A stretch of DNA of 64,000 nt, taken from positions 1 to 64,000 of the forward strand of contig JBBQUR010000014.1 in assembly GCA_038212275.1 (NCBI GenBank), given 5' to 3'. Positions 46,416 through 56,586 of this stretch are shown here, in pieces. How positions within the stretch are numbered: position 1 is the first letter of the stretch; each line of letters begins with the position of its first letter. The notes beneath the pieces are model-generated. The model did not search any database. It was given only the letters and a program-made list of their open reading frames with translations, and was not told the origin of the DNA. This stretch comes from Planctomycetota bacterium. GTDB lineage: Bacteria; Planctomycetota; B15-G4. A program made the translations under genes and the position numbers.

Positions 46416-47666
46416 TCAGGCTTCGTGTCGCCCGAAGAGCAGGCAGACGTTGTGGCCGCCGAAGCCCAGCGAGTTGCTGATCGCGTTGCGGATCGCGAGG
46501 GTCCGACTCTCGCCCGGCACGTAGTCGAGGTCGCAACCCTCGCCCGGGTTCTCGTGATTGCGCGTCGGGTGCACGATGCCGTCCGCGATGGAGCGGCACG
46601 TGACCGCGGCCTCGATCGCGCCCGAGCCGCCGAGCAGGTGCCCGATCATGGACTTCGTGCTCGACACGGCGAGCTTGTCCGCGTGCGCACCGAAGACCTG
46701 CCTGATAGCCGAGGACTCGACGAGGTCGTTGTAGTGCGTGGACGTGCCGTGCGCGTTGACGTAGTCGACGTCCTCGGGGCGGCGACCGGCGGTCCGCAGC
46801 GCAAGCTGCATCGCGCGCCGAGGTCCGGCGCCGTCCTCCTTGGGCTGCGTGATGTGGAAGGCATCCGCCGTGCTGCCGTAACCCAGGAATTCGGCATAGA
46901 TGCGCGCGCCGCGCTTCAGGGCGTGCTCGCGCTCCTCCAGCAGCAGGATGCCGGAGCCTTCACCCATGACGAAGCCGTCGCGATCCTTGTCGAAGGGGCG
47001 GCTGGCGCGCTCGGGCGCTTCGTTGCGCGTGGAGAGCGCCTTCATCGAGTTGAACGCCGCCACGGCCAGCGGCGTCACGGACGACTCGCTTCCGCCGGAC
47101 AGGATGAGGTCCGCTTCGTCCGCCTGGATCGCTCGCAGCGCGACGCCCAGCGCGTGGCCTCCCGATGCGCACGCCGAGCTGGTCACGAAGTTCGTGCCGC
47201 ACAGCCCGTGGCGGATGGAGATGTGCCCCGCCATCGCGTTGGGCATCATCTTCGGAATGAAGTGCGGCGACGCACGACGCGGCCCGCGCTCGAGCTGGTC
47301 GAGGTGCTGGGTCTCGATCGCCTTGATGCCGCCGATGCCCGTGCCCATGATGCAGCCGAAGCGTTCGAGGTCCGTGGCGGCCAGGTCGATGCGCGCATCC
47401 TTCAGGCAGTCGGCGGCCCCGAGGATCGCAAATTGCGTGAAGAGGTCGAGCTTCTTCGCCTCGAGTGGATCGAAGTGCGCCTCGGGCTTGTAGCCCGAGA
47501 TGACCCCGCCGAAGTGCGTCTTGAACTCCGTCGTGTCGAAGGACTCGATCGGACCGATGCCGTTCGCGCCGGCGAGCATGCCGCGCCAGCTCGTCTCGAA
47601 GTCGAGACCGAGGCTCGTGACGCCACCCAGACCCGTGACGACGACCCGACGCATGGTCCTGGTCAT
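46416..47666 (-). CDS. fabF: 3-oxoacyl-ACP synthase II
   Basis: RRVVVTGLG, SACASG, SRPFDKDRDGFVMGEG, NAHGTST, KSMIGHLLG, SNSLGFGGHN. Confidence 0.97.
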   Translation of the reverse strand: MTRTMRRVVVTGLGGVTSLGLDFETSWRGMLAGANGIGPIESFDTTEFKTHFGGVISGYKPEAHFDPLEAKKLDLFTQFAILGAADCLKDARIDLAATDLERFGCIMGTGIGGIKAIETQHLDQLERGPRRASPHFIPKMMPNAMAGHISIRHGLCGTNFVTSSACASGGHALGVALRAIQADEADLILSGGSESSVTPLAVAAFNSMKALSTRNEAPERASRPFDKDRDGFVMGEGSGILLLEEREHALKRGARIYAEFLGYGSTADAFHITQPKEDGAGPRRAMQLALRTAGRRPEDVDYVNAHGTSTHYNDLVESSAIRQVFGAHADKLAVSSTKSMIGHLLGGSGAIEAAVTCRSIADGIVHPTRNHENPGEGCDLDYVPGESRTLAIRNAISNSLGFGGHNVCLLFGRHEA

Positions 47667-47722
47667 GTGCGGACTGTCGAACGAGGTGTGCGCGGGCTCA
47701 TCGCGTGGGGTGCGATCGTGAC

Positions 47723-47974
47723 TCAGCCGTTGGCCGAGTGACTCGAGATGAACGTCACCGCGTCTCCCACGGTCTGGATCTTCTCGGCCTCTTCATCCGG
47801 GATGCTGATGCTGAAGTGATCCTCGAACTCCATGACGAGTTCGACGGTGTCCAGCGAATCGGCGCCCAGGTCCTGGATGAACGAGGTGGTCAGGTTGACC
47901 TTGTCGCGGCTCGCCCCCATCTGCTCGCAGACGATGGCGATGACCTTCTCCTCGATGTCCTTGGTTGCAACCAC
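47723..47974 (-). CDS. acpP: Acyl carrier protein
   Basis: [30 protein letters not shown]. Confidence 0.97.
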   Translation of the reverse strand: MVATKDIEEKVIAIVCEQMGASRDKVNLTTSFIQDLGADSLDTVELVMEFEDHFSISIPDEEAEKIQTVGDAVTFISSHSANG

Positions 47975-48094
47975 GTGTCTCTCCTCAGGCAGCCTTGCGA
48001 TCCGCGGGTCGATGAACGTGGCCTCTCTGAGAGGCCGCCGCGGGGCGCATAGTGTCCCGACCCGGGGCCGCCAGTCAAGCCGCGCGCAGCTGTT

Positions 48095-48850
48095 TCAAAG
48101 CGACATGCCCCCGTCCACGACAAGGGTCGTGCCGGTGATGTAGCTGGCCTCGTCCGAGCAGAGGAAGAGCACGGTGCGCGCGATGTCCACCGGGTCGCCG
48201 AGGCGCCCGAGCGGGATGTGCTTCAGGCTCTCGGCCTTCAGTTCCTCGGACAGCGAGGCCGTCATGTCGGTCTGGATATAGCCCGGGGCGACGGCATTCA
48301 CACGCACGCCACGCCCGCCGAATTCCTTGGCGAGCGACCGGGTCAGGCCATGGAGCCCGGCCTTTGCGGCCGCGTAGTTGCTCTGGCCGGCGTTGCCGGT
48401 GATGCCGACGATCGAGGAGACGTTCACGATGCAGCCGCTGCGGGCCTTGGTCATCGGGCGCGCCACCGCGCGGCAGGCGAAGAGCGTGCCCTTGAGGTTC
48501 GTGTCCAGCACCGACTCGATGTCCTCGTCGGCCATGCGCATGAGCAGGTTGTCGCGCGTGATGCCGGCGTTGTTCACGAGGATGTCGAGCCGCCCCCAGC
48601 GCTTGATCACGTCGGCGACGACCTCGTTCGTGCGTGCTGCATCGCGCACGTCGGCCGCGTAGCCGACGCACTGCGCGGCGGCGTCCGAGGCCGTGGCCAT
48701 CGCCGCGGCGGCACCCCGATCGGCTCCGTCCTGAGTCGTGGCGAGCACCGCCACCCGGCAGCCGGCGCGCGCCAGCTCCTGACTGATCGCGAGGCCGATG
48801 CCGCGCGAGCCACCGGTCACGATCGCGACCTTGCCCGTGAGATCCGTCAC
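48095..48850 (-). CDS. fabG: 3-oxoacyl-ACP reductase
   Basis: TGGSRGIG, NNAGITRDNLLMRM, GNAGQSNYAAAK, VAPGYIQTDMT. Confidence 0.96.
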   Translation of the reverse strand: MTDLTGKVAIVTGGSRGIGLAISQELARAGCRVAVLATTQDGADRGAAAAMATASDAAAQCVGYAADVRDAARTNEVVADVIKRWGRLDILVNNAGITRDNLLMRMADEDIESVLDTNLKGTLFACRAVARPMTKARSGCIVNVSSIVGITGNAGQSNYAAAKAGLHGLTRSLAKEFGGRGVRVNAVAPGYIQTDMTASLSEELKAESLKHIPLGRLGDPVDIARTVLFLCSDEASYITGTTLVVDGGMSL

Positions 48851-49818
48851 GCATCGCCCTCCGGCCACGCCTGCAATGCCTGCAATTCAGCCACATCGGC
48901 GCACGTGGCGGTGGCCGGTGGCAGCTCGGAACGCTTGAGCATGTTCGTGAGCTGCCGGCCTGGCGCCGGTTCGAGGAAGCTCGTCGCACCCAGTGCGGTC
49001 AGCGCCGCGATCGATGACTGCCACAGCACCGGCGCCGTGACCTGGCGCTCGAGCAGCGTGCGGATCACGGACGGATCCGTCGTGGGCTCCGCAGAGGTGT
49101 TCATGACGACGGGCACGCGCGGCGCCACGATCGTGGTGCGCGCGAGCGCCTCCTTCAGCGTAGCGGCCGCGGCCTGCATGCACGGCGAGTGGAAGGCGCC
49201 GGCCACGCTGAGCGGGATGGCCTTGCGGACGCCGTGCTCGCGCGCGAGGCCGGAGGCGCGCTCCAGCGCCTCGCGCGTCCCCGCGATGGCCACCTGCCCC
49301 TTGGCCAGCAGGTTGGCCACGACGAGCACGCCGTCGCCGCGAGCCGCCTCGCAGAGCGCAGCAGCCGACTCCGGCGTCGCGCCGACGAGCGAGAGCATTC
49401 CCGAGGGCCGCTCCTCCGACGCACGCTGCATCGCCTGACCCCGCAGGGCCACCAGCGAAAGGGCGTCGGCGGGCTGCAGTGCCCCTGCCCATGTGAGGGC
49501 CGTGTATTCGCCCAGGCTCAGGCCCGCGACGGCAACGACGCGCTCTCGGCGGATGAGGCCGCGCTGCTCGAGCGCGGCCATGCACGCCAGCGAGGTGGCG
49601 AGGATGGCGGGCTGGCAGATGTCCGTGCGATCGAGGCGCGCGCTGTCGCCGCCCCCGAGGATGGCCCGCAGGTCGAAGCCGAGCGTGCGCTGGGCGAGCT
49701 CGAAGACGGCATGCGCGGCCGGCTCGGCCTGCGCCAGGTCGAGGCCCATTCCCTGGTGCTGGCTGCCCTGCCCCGGAAAGAGGAGCGCGCCACGGGCCGG
49801 CGGCAGCGCGCCACTCAC
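48847..49818 (-). CDS. fabD: Malonyl-CoA:ACP transacylase
   Basis: FPGQGSQ, QPAI, GLSLGEY, VAGAFHS, QVTAPVLW. Confidence 0.95.
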   Translation of the reverse strand: MSGALPPARGALLFPGQGSQHQGMGLDLAQAEPAAHAVFELAQRTLGFDLRAILGGGDSARLDRTDICQPAILATSLACMAALEQRGLIRRERVVAVAGLSLGEYTALTWAGALQPADALSLVALRGQAMQRASEERPSGMLSLVGATPESAAALCEAARGDGVLVVANLLAKGQVAIAGTREALERASGLAREHGVRKAIPLSVAGAFHSPCMQAAAATLKEALARTTIVAPRVPVVMNTSAEPTTDPSVIRTLLERQVTAPVLWQSSIAALTALGATSFLEPAPGRQLTNMLKRSELPPATATCADVAELQALQAWPEGDA

Positions 49819-50804
49819 CAGCGCAGCCCCACGGAACCCCACGTCAGACCGGCGCCAAAGGCGCAGAGCACGACGAGCTTGTCCTTGTGCGGGTCGAGGA
49901 AGCCGTTGCGCCGCGCCTCATCGAGGGCCAGCGGAATGGACGCGGACGACGTGTTGCCGAAGCGCTCGATGTTCACGTAGATGGCATTCTCGGGCAGCTC
50001 GAGCCGCTCGCGCGCCGCTTCGATGATGCGCGCGTTCATCTGGTGCGGGATGACGGCGCCCAGCGTCAGCTCGGGATTGTTCGCCGCCTCGCGCCGCACG
50101 AGCTCGACCATCTTGTTGGTGGCGAACTTGTAGACCTCGCGGCCCCGGATCACGAGCTTGTGCGCGTCCTGCTCGATGAGCTCGGCGGTGATGGGCAATC
50201 GCGCGCCGCCGGCCGTCTGGTACATGACGTCGTAGCCGTTGCCGTCGGCCTCGATGGAGCAGCTGCGCACCTCGCCCCACTGGAAGTGCTCGCTGCTGTA
50301 CACGACCGCCCCGGCGCCGTCACCGAAGAGGATGCACGACGAGCGGTCGTTGTAGTTCGTGATGCGCGACAGACACTCGGCTCCGATGACCAGCACGTTG
50401 CGATACGTTCCGGTCCACAGAAATTGCGCCGCGATGTTCGTCGCGTAGACGAAACCGGTGCAGCCGGCCGCGATGTCGAAGGCGGCCGCGCGCACGCAGC
50501 CCAGCGCGGCCTGGATGCGGCACGATGTCGCCGGCACGTGCATGTCGGGCGTGACCGTCGCAAGGATGATGAGGTCGATGCGGTCGGGGGTGAGGCCTGC
50601 GGACTGCAGCGCGAGACGCCCTGCCTCGATGCAGAGGTCTGACGTGCTCTGACCCTCGGCCGCGATGCGGCGCTCCTTGATGCCGGTGCGCTGCGTGATC
50701 CATTCGTCGGACGTGTCCACCATCACGGACAGATCCGCGTTGGAGAGCACCTTGTCCGGCACGCACGAACCCGTTCCGGCGATTCCGAAGGCTACGCGCG
50801 TCAT
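49815..50804 (-). CDS. fabH: 3-oxoacyl-ACP synthase III
   Basis: DTSDEWI.QRTGI, AGCTGF, LFGDGAGA, PHQMN, GNTSSASIP, FGAGLTWG. Confidence 0.96.
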   Translation of the reverse strand: MTRVAFGIAGTGSCVPDKVLSNADLSVMVDTSDEWITQRTGIKERRIAAEGQSTSDLCIEAGRLALQSAGLTPDRIDLIILATVTPDMHVPATSCRIQAALGCVRAAAFDIAAGCTGFVYATNIAAQFLWTGTYRNVLVIGAECLSRITNYNDRSSCILFGDGAGAVVYSSEHFQWGEVRSCSIEADGNGYDVMYQTAGGARLPITAELIEQDAHKLVIRGREVYKFATNKMVELVRREAANNPELTLGAVIPHQMNARIIEAARERLELPENAIYVNIERFGNTSSASIPLALDEARRNGFLDPHKDKLVVLCAFGAGLTWGSVGLRW

Positions 50805-51799
50805 GTCGGGCTCTCGCGCGAGGCGGCCGCGATGCGCTCGACGATGCGGTTGTTGACGTTGTGCTCGACCGCCGCGCGCGCGGCCCTGATCATGTTCATG
50901 ACGGCCGGCGCGTTCGAACGCCCGTGGCCGATGAGCACCGGCGCCGCCACGCCCAGCAACGGCGCACCGCCGTACTCGGCATAATCGAGGCGCTCGAAGG
51001 CTGCGCGCACGGCCTGGCCGACTTCGGGCCGCGGCGGATGCAACTTGAAGGCCGCGCCCACCTGGTCATGCACGAAGGAGGCGACGCCCTCGGCGACCTT
51101 CAGGATCACGTTGCCGACGAAGCCCTCGCACACCACGACGTCGCAGGCGCCGGCGAGGATGTCCTGTCCCTCGACGAAACCCTTGTAGTTGAGCTGAGCG
51201 GACTGGAGCAGCGCGTGCACCTGCTGGATGAGCGGGTTGCCCTTGCCTTCCTCCTCGCCGATGTTCAGCAGGCCGATGAGCGGCTCATCCTTGCCGAAGG
51301 CCGCACGGGCGTACTCGCCCGCCATGATCGCGTACTGCAGCATGTGCTCGGGCTTGCAGTAGATGTTCGCGCCCACGTCGATGACGACGCTGGGACCGCG
51401 ACGCGTCGGCATCGGCGCCGCGATGCCGGGCCGCGCGACGCCCGGCAATCGGCCAAGCACCAGCGAACTGGCCGCCACGCACGCGCCGGTGTTGCCGGCG
51501 GACACGAAAGCGTCGGCCCGCTTCTCCAGCACGGCGCGCATGGCGACGACGATCGAGCTGTTCTTCTTGGTCCGGATCGCCGCCGCCGGACTCTCGTCCA
51601 TGCCGATGACCTCGACGGCGTCGACGAGCTCTGCGCCCGTGAGCGACGCGGCCTCCAGGAGCGGCTGCAGGTCCGCCGCGCGGCCGACAAACAGCAGTTC
51701 AGCGGGAGTGACGAGGCCACGCGAGATGGCCAGCGCGGCGCCCTCGATCACGCAGCGAGGGGCATCATCACCACCCATCGCATCGACGGCGATTCTCAC
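50801..51799 (-). CDS. plsX: Phosphate acyltransferase PlsX
   Basis: IAVDAMGGD, SAGNTGA, LLNIGEEEGKG, GFVGNVILK, GGAPLLGV, HGRS. Confidence 0.96.
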   Translation of the reverse strand: MRIAVDAMGGDDAPRCVIEGAALAISRGLVTPAELLFVGRAADLQPLLEAASLTGAELVDAVEVIGMDESPAAAIRTKKNSSIVVAMRAVLEKRADAFVSAGNTGACVAASSLVLGRLPGVARPGIAAPMPTRRGPSVVIDVGANIYCKPEHMLQYAIMAGEYARAAFGKDEPLIGLLNIGEEEGKGNPLIQQVHALLQSAQLNYKGFVEGQDILAGACDVVVCEGFVGNVILKVAEGVASFVHDQVGAAFKLHPPRPEVGQAVRAAFERLDYAEYGGAPLLGVAAPVLIGHGRSNAPAVMNMIRAARAAVEHNVNNRIVERIAAASRESPT

Positions 51800-51809
51800 G
51801 GGGCGCCGC

Positions 51810-51989
51810 TCAGGCTTCGAGGTTCAAGACGTCGCGACCGCGGTAGTAGCCGCAGTTGTTGCAGACCGCGTGCGGCACCTTCTCGGCGCCGCAACGGGCA
51901 CAGAGCGAGGTGGCGGGGAGGTCGAGGGCCAGGTGCGCCCGGCGCTTGCGCTTGCGGGCCTTGCTGGTCTTTCGCTTCGGGACTGCCAT
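51810..51989 (-). CDS. rpmF: 50S ribosomal protein L32 (zinc-ribbon type)
   Basis: Manual translation (59 aa, below the ORF-track cutoff): MAVPKRKTSKARKRKRRAHLALDLPATSLCARCGAEKVPHAVCNNCGYYRGRDVLNLEA. Confidence 0.97.
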   Translation of the reverse strand: MAVPKRKTSKARKRKRRAHLALDLPATSLCARCGAEKVPHAVCNNCGYYRGRDVLNLEA

Positions 51990-52172
51990 GAACGTGTCCT
52001 GCCTATTCGAGCCTTGCTTGAACTCACCGTCGAACCGGCGCCCTGGCCCGCGGCGCCCCGGCCGTCGATCAGCCCCCTCCTGGAGGGCCTCTCGCGCCGG
52101 GTCGTCGGGGTTCGTCGCCCGCCAACCGGAATCGTCCCACTCTACCGGCGGCGGCGGGCCGGGAAAAGTCCC

Positions 52173-54917
52173 TTAGTGCCGGGCGGCCGCCGAGGATTCC
52201 AGGGCGGCATTCAGCACGGCGACCAGATCCGTCACCACCCCACCCTTGCCCTGCGCGAAGGCCGCGTTGCCGCCGCCCTTGCCGCCGAGCGCCTCTCCCA
52301 GCGTCGCCATGAGTGCATTCGCGGGCAGGCCTGCCTTCTGGGCCGCCGCGCTGCACGAGACCAGCACGGACGTTCCCGAAGCTTCCGGGACACCGAGCAG
52401 CACCACGTCGGTGCCTCGCTTCACGTACTCGCCCGACAACTCGCGCAGCTTCTTGACAGGCAGACCGTCGACAGCAGCCACCAGCACCTGCAGGCCATTC
52501 CACGTGCGGACGGAGCCGGACAGCCGGTCGGCGGCGGTGCGATCACGCAGCTCGTCCAGGTCGCGCCGGGTGGCCTTCAGTTCCTCCTGCAGCGCAGCGA
52601 TGCGCTCCGCAAGCAGCTCGGGCGAGGTCTTGAACATCGCCGCAGCGCCGCGCAGCGTCGACTCCTCCTGCCGCGCCAGCGCCAGCGCCCCGAGACCGGT
52701 GCGCGCCTCGATGCGCCGGATGCCCGCCGCCACCGAGGCTTCGGACTGGATGCGCAGCATGCCGATGTCCGCGGAGCGCGTGACGTGCGTGCCGCCGCAC
52801 AGCTCCACGCTGTCCCGGCCGTGCGCGCTGTCGGGCACGCGCACGACGCGCACGACTTCGCCGTATTTCTCGCCAAAGAGGGCCATGGCCCCCAGCGCGC
52901 GAGCCTCGTCGCGTGGCATCTCTGCGCTCACCACCGACGTGTTGCCCAGGATCCACTCGTTGGTGAGGGTCTCCACGGCCAGCACTTCTTTCTCCGTGAG
53001 GGCGCGCGGAAAGCGGAAGTCGAAACGCAGCCGCTCCGAAGACACCAGCGAGCCGGCCTGCGTGACCTCGGGTCCCAGCACGCTGCGCAGCGCGGCGTGC
53101 AACAGGTGCGTGCCGGTGTGGTTGCGTGCGGTGGCGGCTCGCAGCGCGCCGTCGACACTCGCCCGGGCGGAGCCGGGAGCCGCGACACCCTGCACCACGA
53201 CGCCGCGGTGCAGCGTGATGCCGCGCAGCGCTACGGTGTCGTCCACCTCGACGCGCCAGCCGGCGCCCTCGATCGTGCCCGCGTCGCCCACCTGCCCGCC
53301 GCCCTCGGCGTAGAACGGCGTGCGGTCCAGCACGAGGATCACGCGACGCAGACCATCGACGCCCTCCGCGTCTCCGTGGAATGCGGCGGCCATTGCGACC
53401 GACGTCGCATCGGTCTCGGCCGAGCTCCCGGCTGCGGGCGCGGCGCCGCCGACCGGCATGTCGTCCACCACGGCGAGCACGCGCACTTCGGGCAACTCGA
53501 GCGCGTCGCGCTCGAATCGCGTGGCGGGCAAGGAGCCGCTGACGCCTGCCAGCGGCCCCTCGTCGAAGATCCGGTCGGAGATGCGGCTGCCCTCGCGCGA
53601 TCGGCGGCGCTGCTCGGTCATGGCAGCGCGGAAGCCCTCCTCGTCGAGACCGAGCCCCTGCTCCTCGAGCAGCATGCGCTGCAGGTCGAGTGGCAGCCCG
53701 AAGGTGTCGTAGAGCAGGAACGAGGCGGGTCCGGACAGCGTGCCGCTGCCCTGTTTGCGCGTCTCGTCCGCCATGACCGCGAGGCGCTGGCTTCCGCTCA
53801 GGAACGCGCCGGCAAACTTCTCCTCCTCTGCGGCGATCGTCTGCTCGATGACCGAGCGCGCCTCGTGAAGCGCGGGCCAGGCTCCTCCAAGCGCCTCCAC
53901 CACGCTGCCGGACAGCGTCGCGAGCCAGCTGGTGCGCAGGTCGCCGCCGAGCACGTGGCGGTCCAGCATCGCGCGGCGCAGCACCTTGCGCACGACATAA
54001 CCCTGCTTCTCGTTGGAGGGCCGCACGCCATCCGCGATGCAGAAGGTCGCCGCGCGCACATGGTCCGCGATGCGCCGCGTGCGGGTTCCGTCAGGCGTAC
54101 CGAACTCCGTGCGCCTCCCGACATGGGCGTGGATCGCGTCCATGAGCGGCGCGAACAGCGTCGTCTCGAAGTTGCTTGCGAGCATGCGCCCGGCCTGCAG
54201 CGACTCCACGACGCGCACGACCCGCTCGAATCCCATGCCCGTGTCGATGTTCGCGTTCGGCAGCGGCACCAGCTTTCCGCCATCCTGTCGCTCGAACTGC
54301 GTGAAGACGAGGTTCCAGATCTCGACAAAGCGCTTGCCGTCCGTGGAGGGCCCTCCCGTCGGAAAGCCTCCGCGTTCGGGATGGCAATCGAAGTAGATCT
54401 CGGAGCACGGGCCGCAGATGCCGTTGGGCCCCTTGCTCGGCGCCGACGCAGGCCAGAAGTTGTCATCCTCGCCGCAGCGGAAGATGTGGTCCCTGGGCAG
54501 GCCGACCTTCTCGTGCCAGAGGCGGGCGGCCTCGTCATCGTCCTGAAACACCGTGACGGACAGGCGCGCCGGGGGCAGGCCCAGCGCCATGAGCAGTTCC
54601 CACGCCCACACGATGGCTTCTTCCTTGAAGTAGTCACCGAAGGAGAAGTTGCCGAGCATCTCGAAGAAGGTGTGGTGCGACGCGGTGCGCCCCACGTTCT
54701 CGAGGTCCGGCATGCGCAGGCACTTCTGCGAAGTCGTCGCGCGCGTGAACGGCAGGTTGCCCTTGCCGAGGAACATCGCCTTGAACTGGTTCATCCCCGC
54801 GCCGGTGAAGAGCAGCGTCGGGTCGTTCTCGGGCACGAGGCTGTCGCTCGGATAGCGAGTGTGACCGCGCGTCTCGAAGTGCGTGAGGAAAGCCGCTCGG
54901 AGCTGATCGGGAGTCAT
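52173..54917 (-). CDS. alaS: Alanine--tRNA ligase
   Basis: DPTLLFTGAGMNQFK, HHTFFEMLGNFSFGDYFK, TPFYAEGGGQ, NHTGTHLLH, ELCGGTH, GGKGGG. Confidence 0.98.
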   Translation of the reverse strand: MTPDQLRAAFLTHFETRGHTRYPSDSLVPENDPTLLFTGAGMNQFKAMFLGKGNLPFTRATTSQKCLRMPDLENVGRTASHHTFFEMLGNFSFGDYFKEEAIVWAWELLMALGLPPARLSVTVFQDDDEAARLWHEKVGLPRDHIFRCGEDDNFWPASAPSKGPNGICGPCSEIYFDCHPERGGFPTGGPSTDGKRFVEIWNLVFTQFERQDGGKLVPLPNANIDTGMGFERVVRVVESLQAGRMLASNFETTLFAPLMDAIHAHVGRRTEFGTPDGTRTRRIADHVRAATFCIADGVRPSNEKQGYVVRKVLRRAMLDRHVLGGDLRTSWLATLSGSVVEALGGAWPALHEARSVIEQTIAAEEEKFAGAFLSGSQRLAVMADETRKQGSGTLSGPASFLLYDTFGLPLDLQRMLLEEQGLGLDEEGFRAAMTEQRRRSREGSRISDRIFDEGPLAGVSGSLPATRFERDALELPEVRVLAVVDDMPVGGAAPAAGSSAETDATSVAMAAAFHGDAEGVDGLRRVILVLDRTPFYAEGGGQVGDAGTIEGAGWRVEVDDTVALRGITLHRGVVVQGVAAPGSARASVDGALRAATARNHTGTHLLHAALRSVLGPEVTQAGSLVSSERLRFDFRFPRALTEKEVLAVETLTNEWILGNTSVVSAEMPRDEARALGAMALFGEKYGEVVRVVRVPDSAHGRDSVELCGGTHVTRSADIGMLRIQSEASVAAGIRRIEARTGLGALALARQEESTLRGAAAMFKTSPELLAERIAALQEELKATRRDLDELRDRTAADRLSGSVRTWNGLQVLVAAVDGLPVKKLRELSGEYVKRGTDVVLLGVPEASGTSVLVSCSAAAQKAGLPANALMATLGEALGGKGGGNAAFAQGKGGVVTDLVAVLNAALESSAAARH

Positions 54918-55086
54918 GTGCGCAGGATCGCCAACCGAGGCGAGTGTCGTCCACCCCCCAGCGGCCGATGACCTCCACCGGACGCGCCGGTGCATCCGCG
55001 AGAGCGCGCAAAGGCTTCGACGAATGCACCTGGGTGCAGCCGCCCGGCGCGCGACGGCGAACCGTCGCGCGCCGACGAGTGCCGGC

Positions 55087-56325
55087 TCAGCTCGAGGCCT
55101 TGCCGTTCCTGATCGAGGACACCGGAGCCTTGGAAGCGGTCATCGGGGGACGCATCCCGCTCGATGAGCCGGGCCCGGCGGCCTGCGCTGTCGGCGCTGT
55201 CGGCGCTGCGCCGGAAACGGCCGGCCCGCTGGCCGAAGCCGGCGGCGCGGGTGCCACCTTCGGCGCAGGCGGCGCGAAGGACGCGCGGACCTTGTTCTCG
55301 ATCTCGGACATGATGTCCTTGTTTTCGAGCAGGAAGTCCCGGGCCTTCTCGCGGCCCTGGCCGAGGCGCGTGCTGCCGAAAGACATCCAGGTGCCCGACT
55401 TCTCGATGATGTTCTTCTCCACCGCGAGGTCGATCACGTCACCCTCGCGCGAGATGCCCTGGTTGAAGAGCACGTCGAACTCCGCCTTGCGGAACGGGGG
55501 CGCCATCTTGTTCTTCACCACCGTGACACGGACACGGCTGCCGACCATCTCCTCGCCCACCTTCAGCGAACCGATGCGGCGGATGTCGAGCCGCACCGAC
55601 GAGTAGAACTTCAGCGCGCGGCCGCCCGTGGTCGTTTCGGGGCTGCCGAAGAACACGCCGATCTTCTCGCGGATCTGGTTGATGAAGATCACGCAGGTAC
55701 CGGTCTTCGAGATGGTGCCGGTGAGCTTGCGCATCGCCTGCGACATGAGCCGGGCCTGCAGGCCGACGTGCGTGTCGCCCATCTCGCCCTCGAGTTCCGC
55801 CTTGGGCACGAGCGCCGCCACGGAGTCGATCACGATGGCTGCAAAGGCATTGCTGCGCACGAGCATCTCGCAGATCTCGAGCGCCTGCTCGCCCGTGTCG
55901 GGCTGCGAGAGAATGAGGTTGTCCGTGTCGACGCCGAGCTTCCTCGCATACGTCGGATCGAGCGCGTGCTCGGCATCGATGAAGGCGCAGGCCCCGCCGG
56001 CGCGCTGCGCCGCGGCGAGCACGTGCAGCGTGAGCGTCGTCTTGCCGGAACTCTCCGGGCCGAAGATCTCCACGATGCGTCCCTTGGGCAGGCCGTAGCC
56101 ACCCAGCGCCATGTCGAGCGAGAGCGCGCAGGTGGAGATGCCCTCGATCGGCGTGTCGGGCCGATCTCCGAGGCGCATGATGGAACCCTTGCCGAACTGC
56201 TTCTCGATCTGCCCGAGCGTCAACTCGACCTCGGGAGACATCCCGCTCGGGCCCTGACCGGGTCGCGACGGGGGATTCGGGGCACCGGTCTTGCTGCCAG
56301 TCGGATTCATCGTGTCGATCTCCAT
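55087..56325 (-). CDS. recA: Recombinase RecA (Ala/Pro-rich C-terminal tail)
   Basis: [53 protein letters not shown]. Start 56325 or 56310. Confidence 0.98.
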   Translation of the reverse strand: MEIDTMNPTGSKTGAPNPPSRPGQGPSGMSPEVELTLGQIEKQFGKGSIMRLGDRPDTPIEGISTCALSLDMALGGYGLPKGRIVEIFGPESSGKTTLTLHVLAAAQRAGGACAFIDAEHALDPTYARKLGVDTDNLILSQPDTGEQALEICEMLVRSNAFAAIVIDSVAALVPKAELEGEMGDTHVGLQARLMSQAMRKLTGTISKTGTCVIFINQIREKIGVFFGSPETTTGGRALKFYSSVRLDIRRIGSLKVGEEMVGSRVRVTVVKNKMAPPFRKAEFDVLFNQGISREGDVIDLAVEKNIIEKSGTWMSFGSTRLGQGREKARDFLLENKDIMSEIENKVRASFAPPAPKVAPAPPASASGPAVSGAAPTAPTAQAAGPGSSSGMRPPMTASKAPVSSIRNGKASS

Positions 56326-56388
56326 GTGCTGAACTCCGGTTCGGGGGATGCCTTGCAACAGGCCTCCTGGACGCGTCCGAACCGCACC

Positions 56389-56404
56389 TAACACGTACTT
56401 AACA
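56389..56404. promoter_or_regulatory. Candidate recA operator: direct repeat TAACA-N6-TAACA
   Basis: 11-bp-period AT-rich repeat ~65-80 nt upstream of recA, next to a putative promoter (TTGTTC -35 on the minus strand at 56422-56427). Confidence 0.4.
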
Positions 56405-56586
56405 TGCTGCAGGCCGGGATCGAACAAGGAAATCCGGGGACCATTCTCTCCCTGCCCGACGGCTTGCTCGACCCGGCGTTACGTCCCCCGCCCGTCTTCC
56501 ACAAGCGCGGAGGCCGCCCGACACGCGGGCGGCCTCCGTCGGTTCCATCGGACGGCCTCGCAGCCGCCGCCGGCTGCCGGGCCGGA

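Noticed and set aside
51990..52170. Structured leader upstream of rpmF; absence of the usual yceD (DUF177) gene
   Set aside because: No recognisable riboswitch or ribosomal leader motif; GC-rich hairpins are expected by chance, and yceD loss from this position is not rare.
51363..54971. 1202 aa plus-strand ORF and other long antisense ORFs (e.g. 2088-4919, 13145-15295, 61478-63487)
   Set aside because: Antisense to clear genes (alaS, plsX, POP, gldG-like, TMTC-like), with no motifs; expected in ~70% GC DNA.
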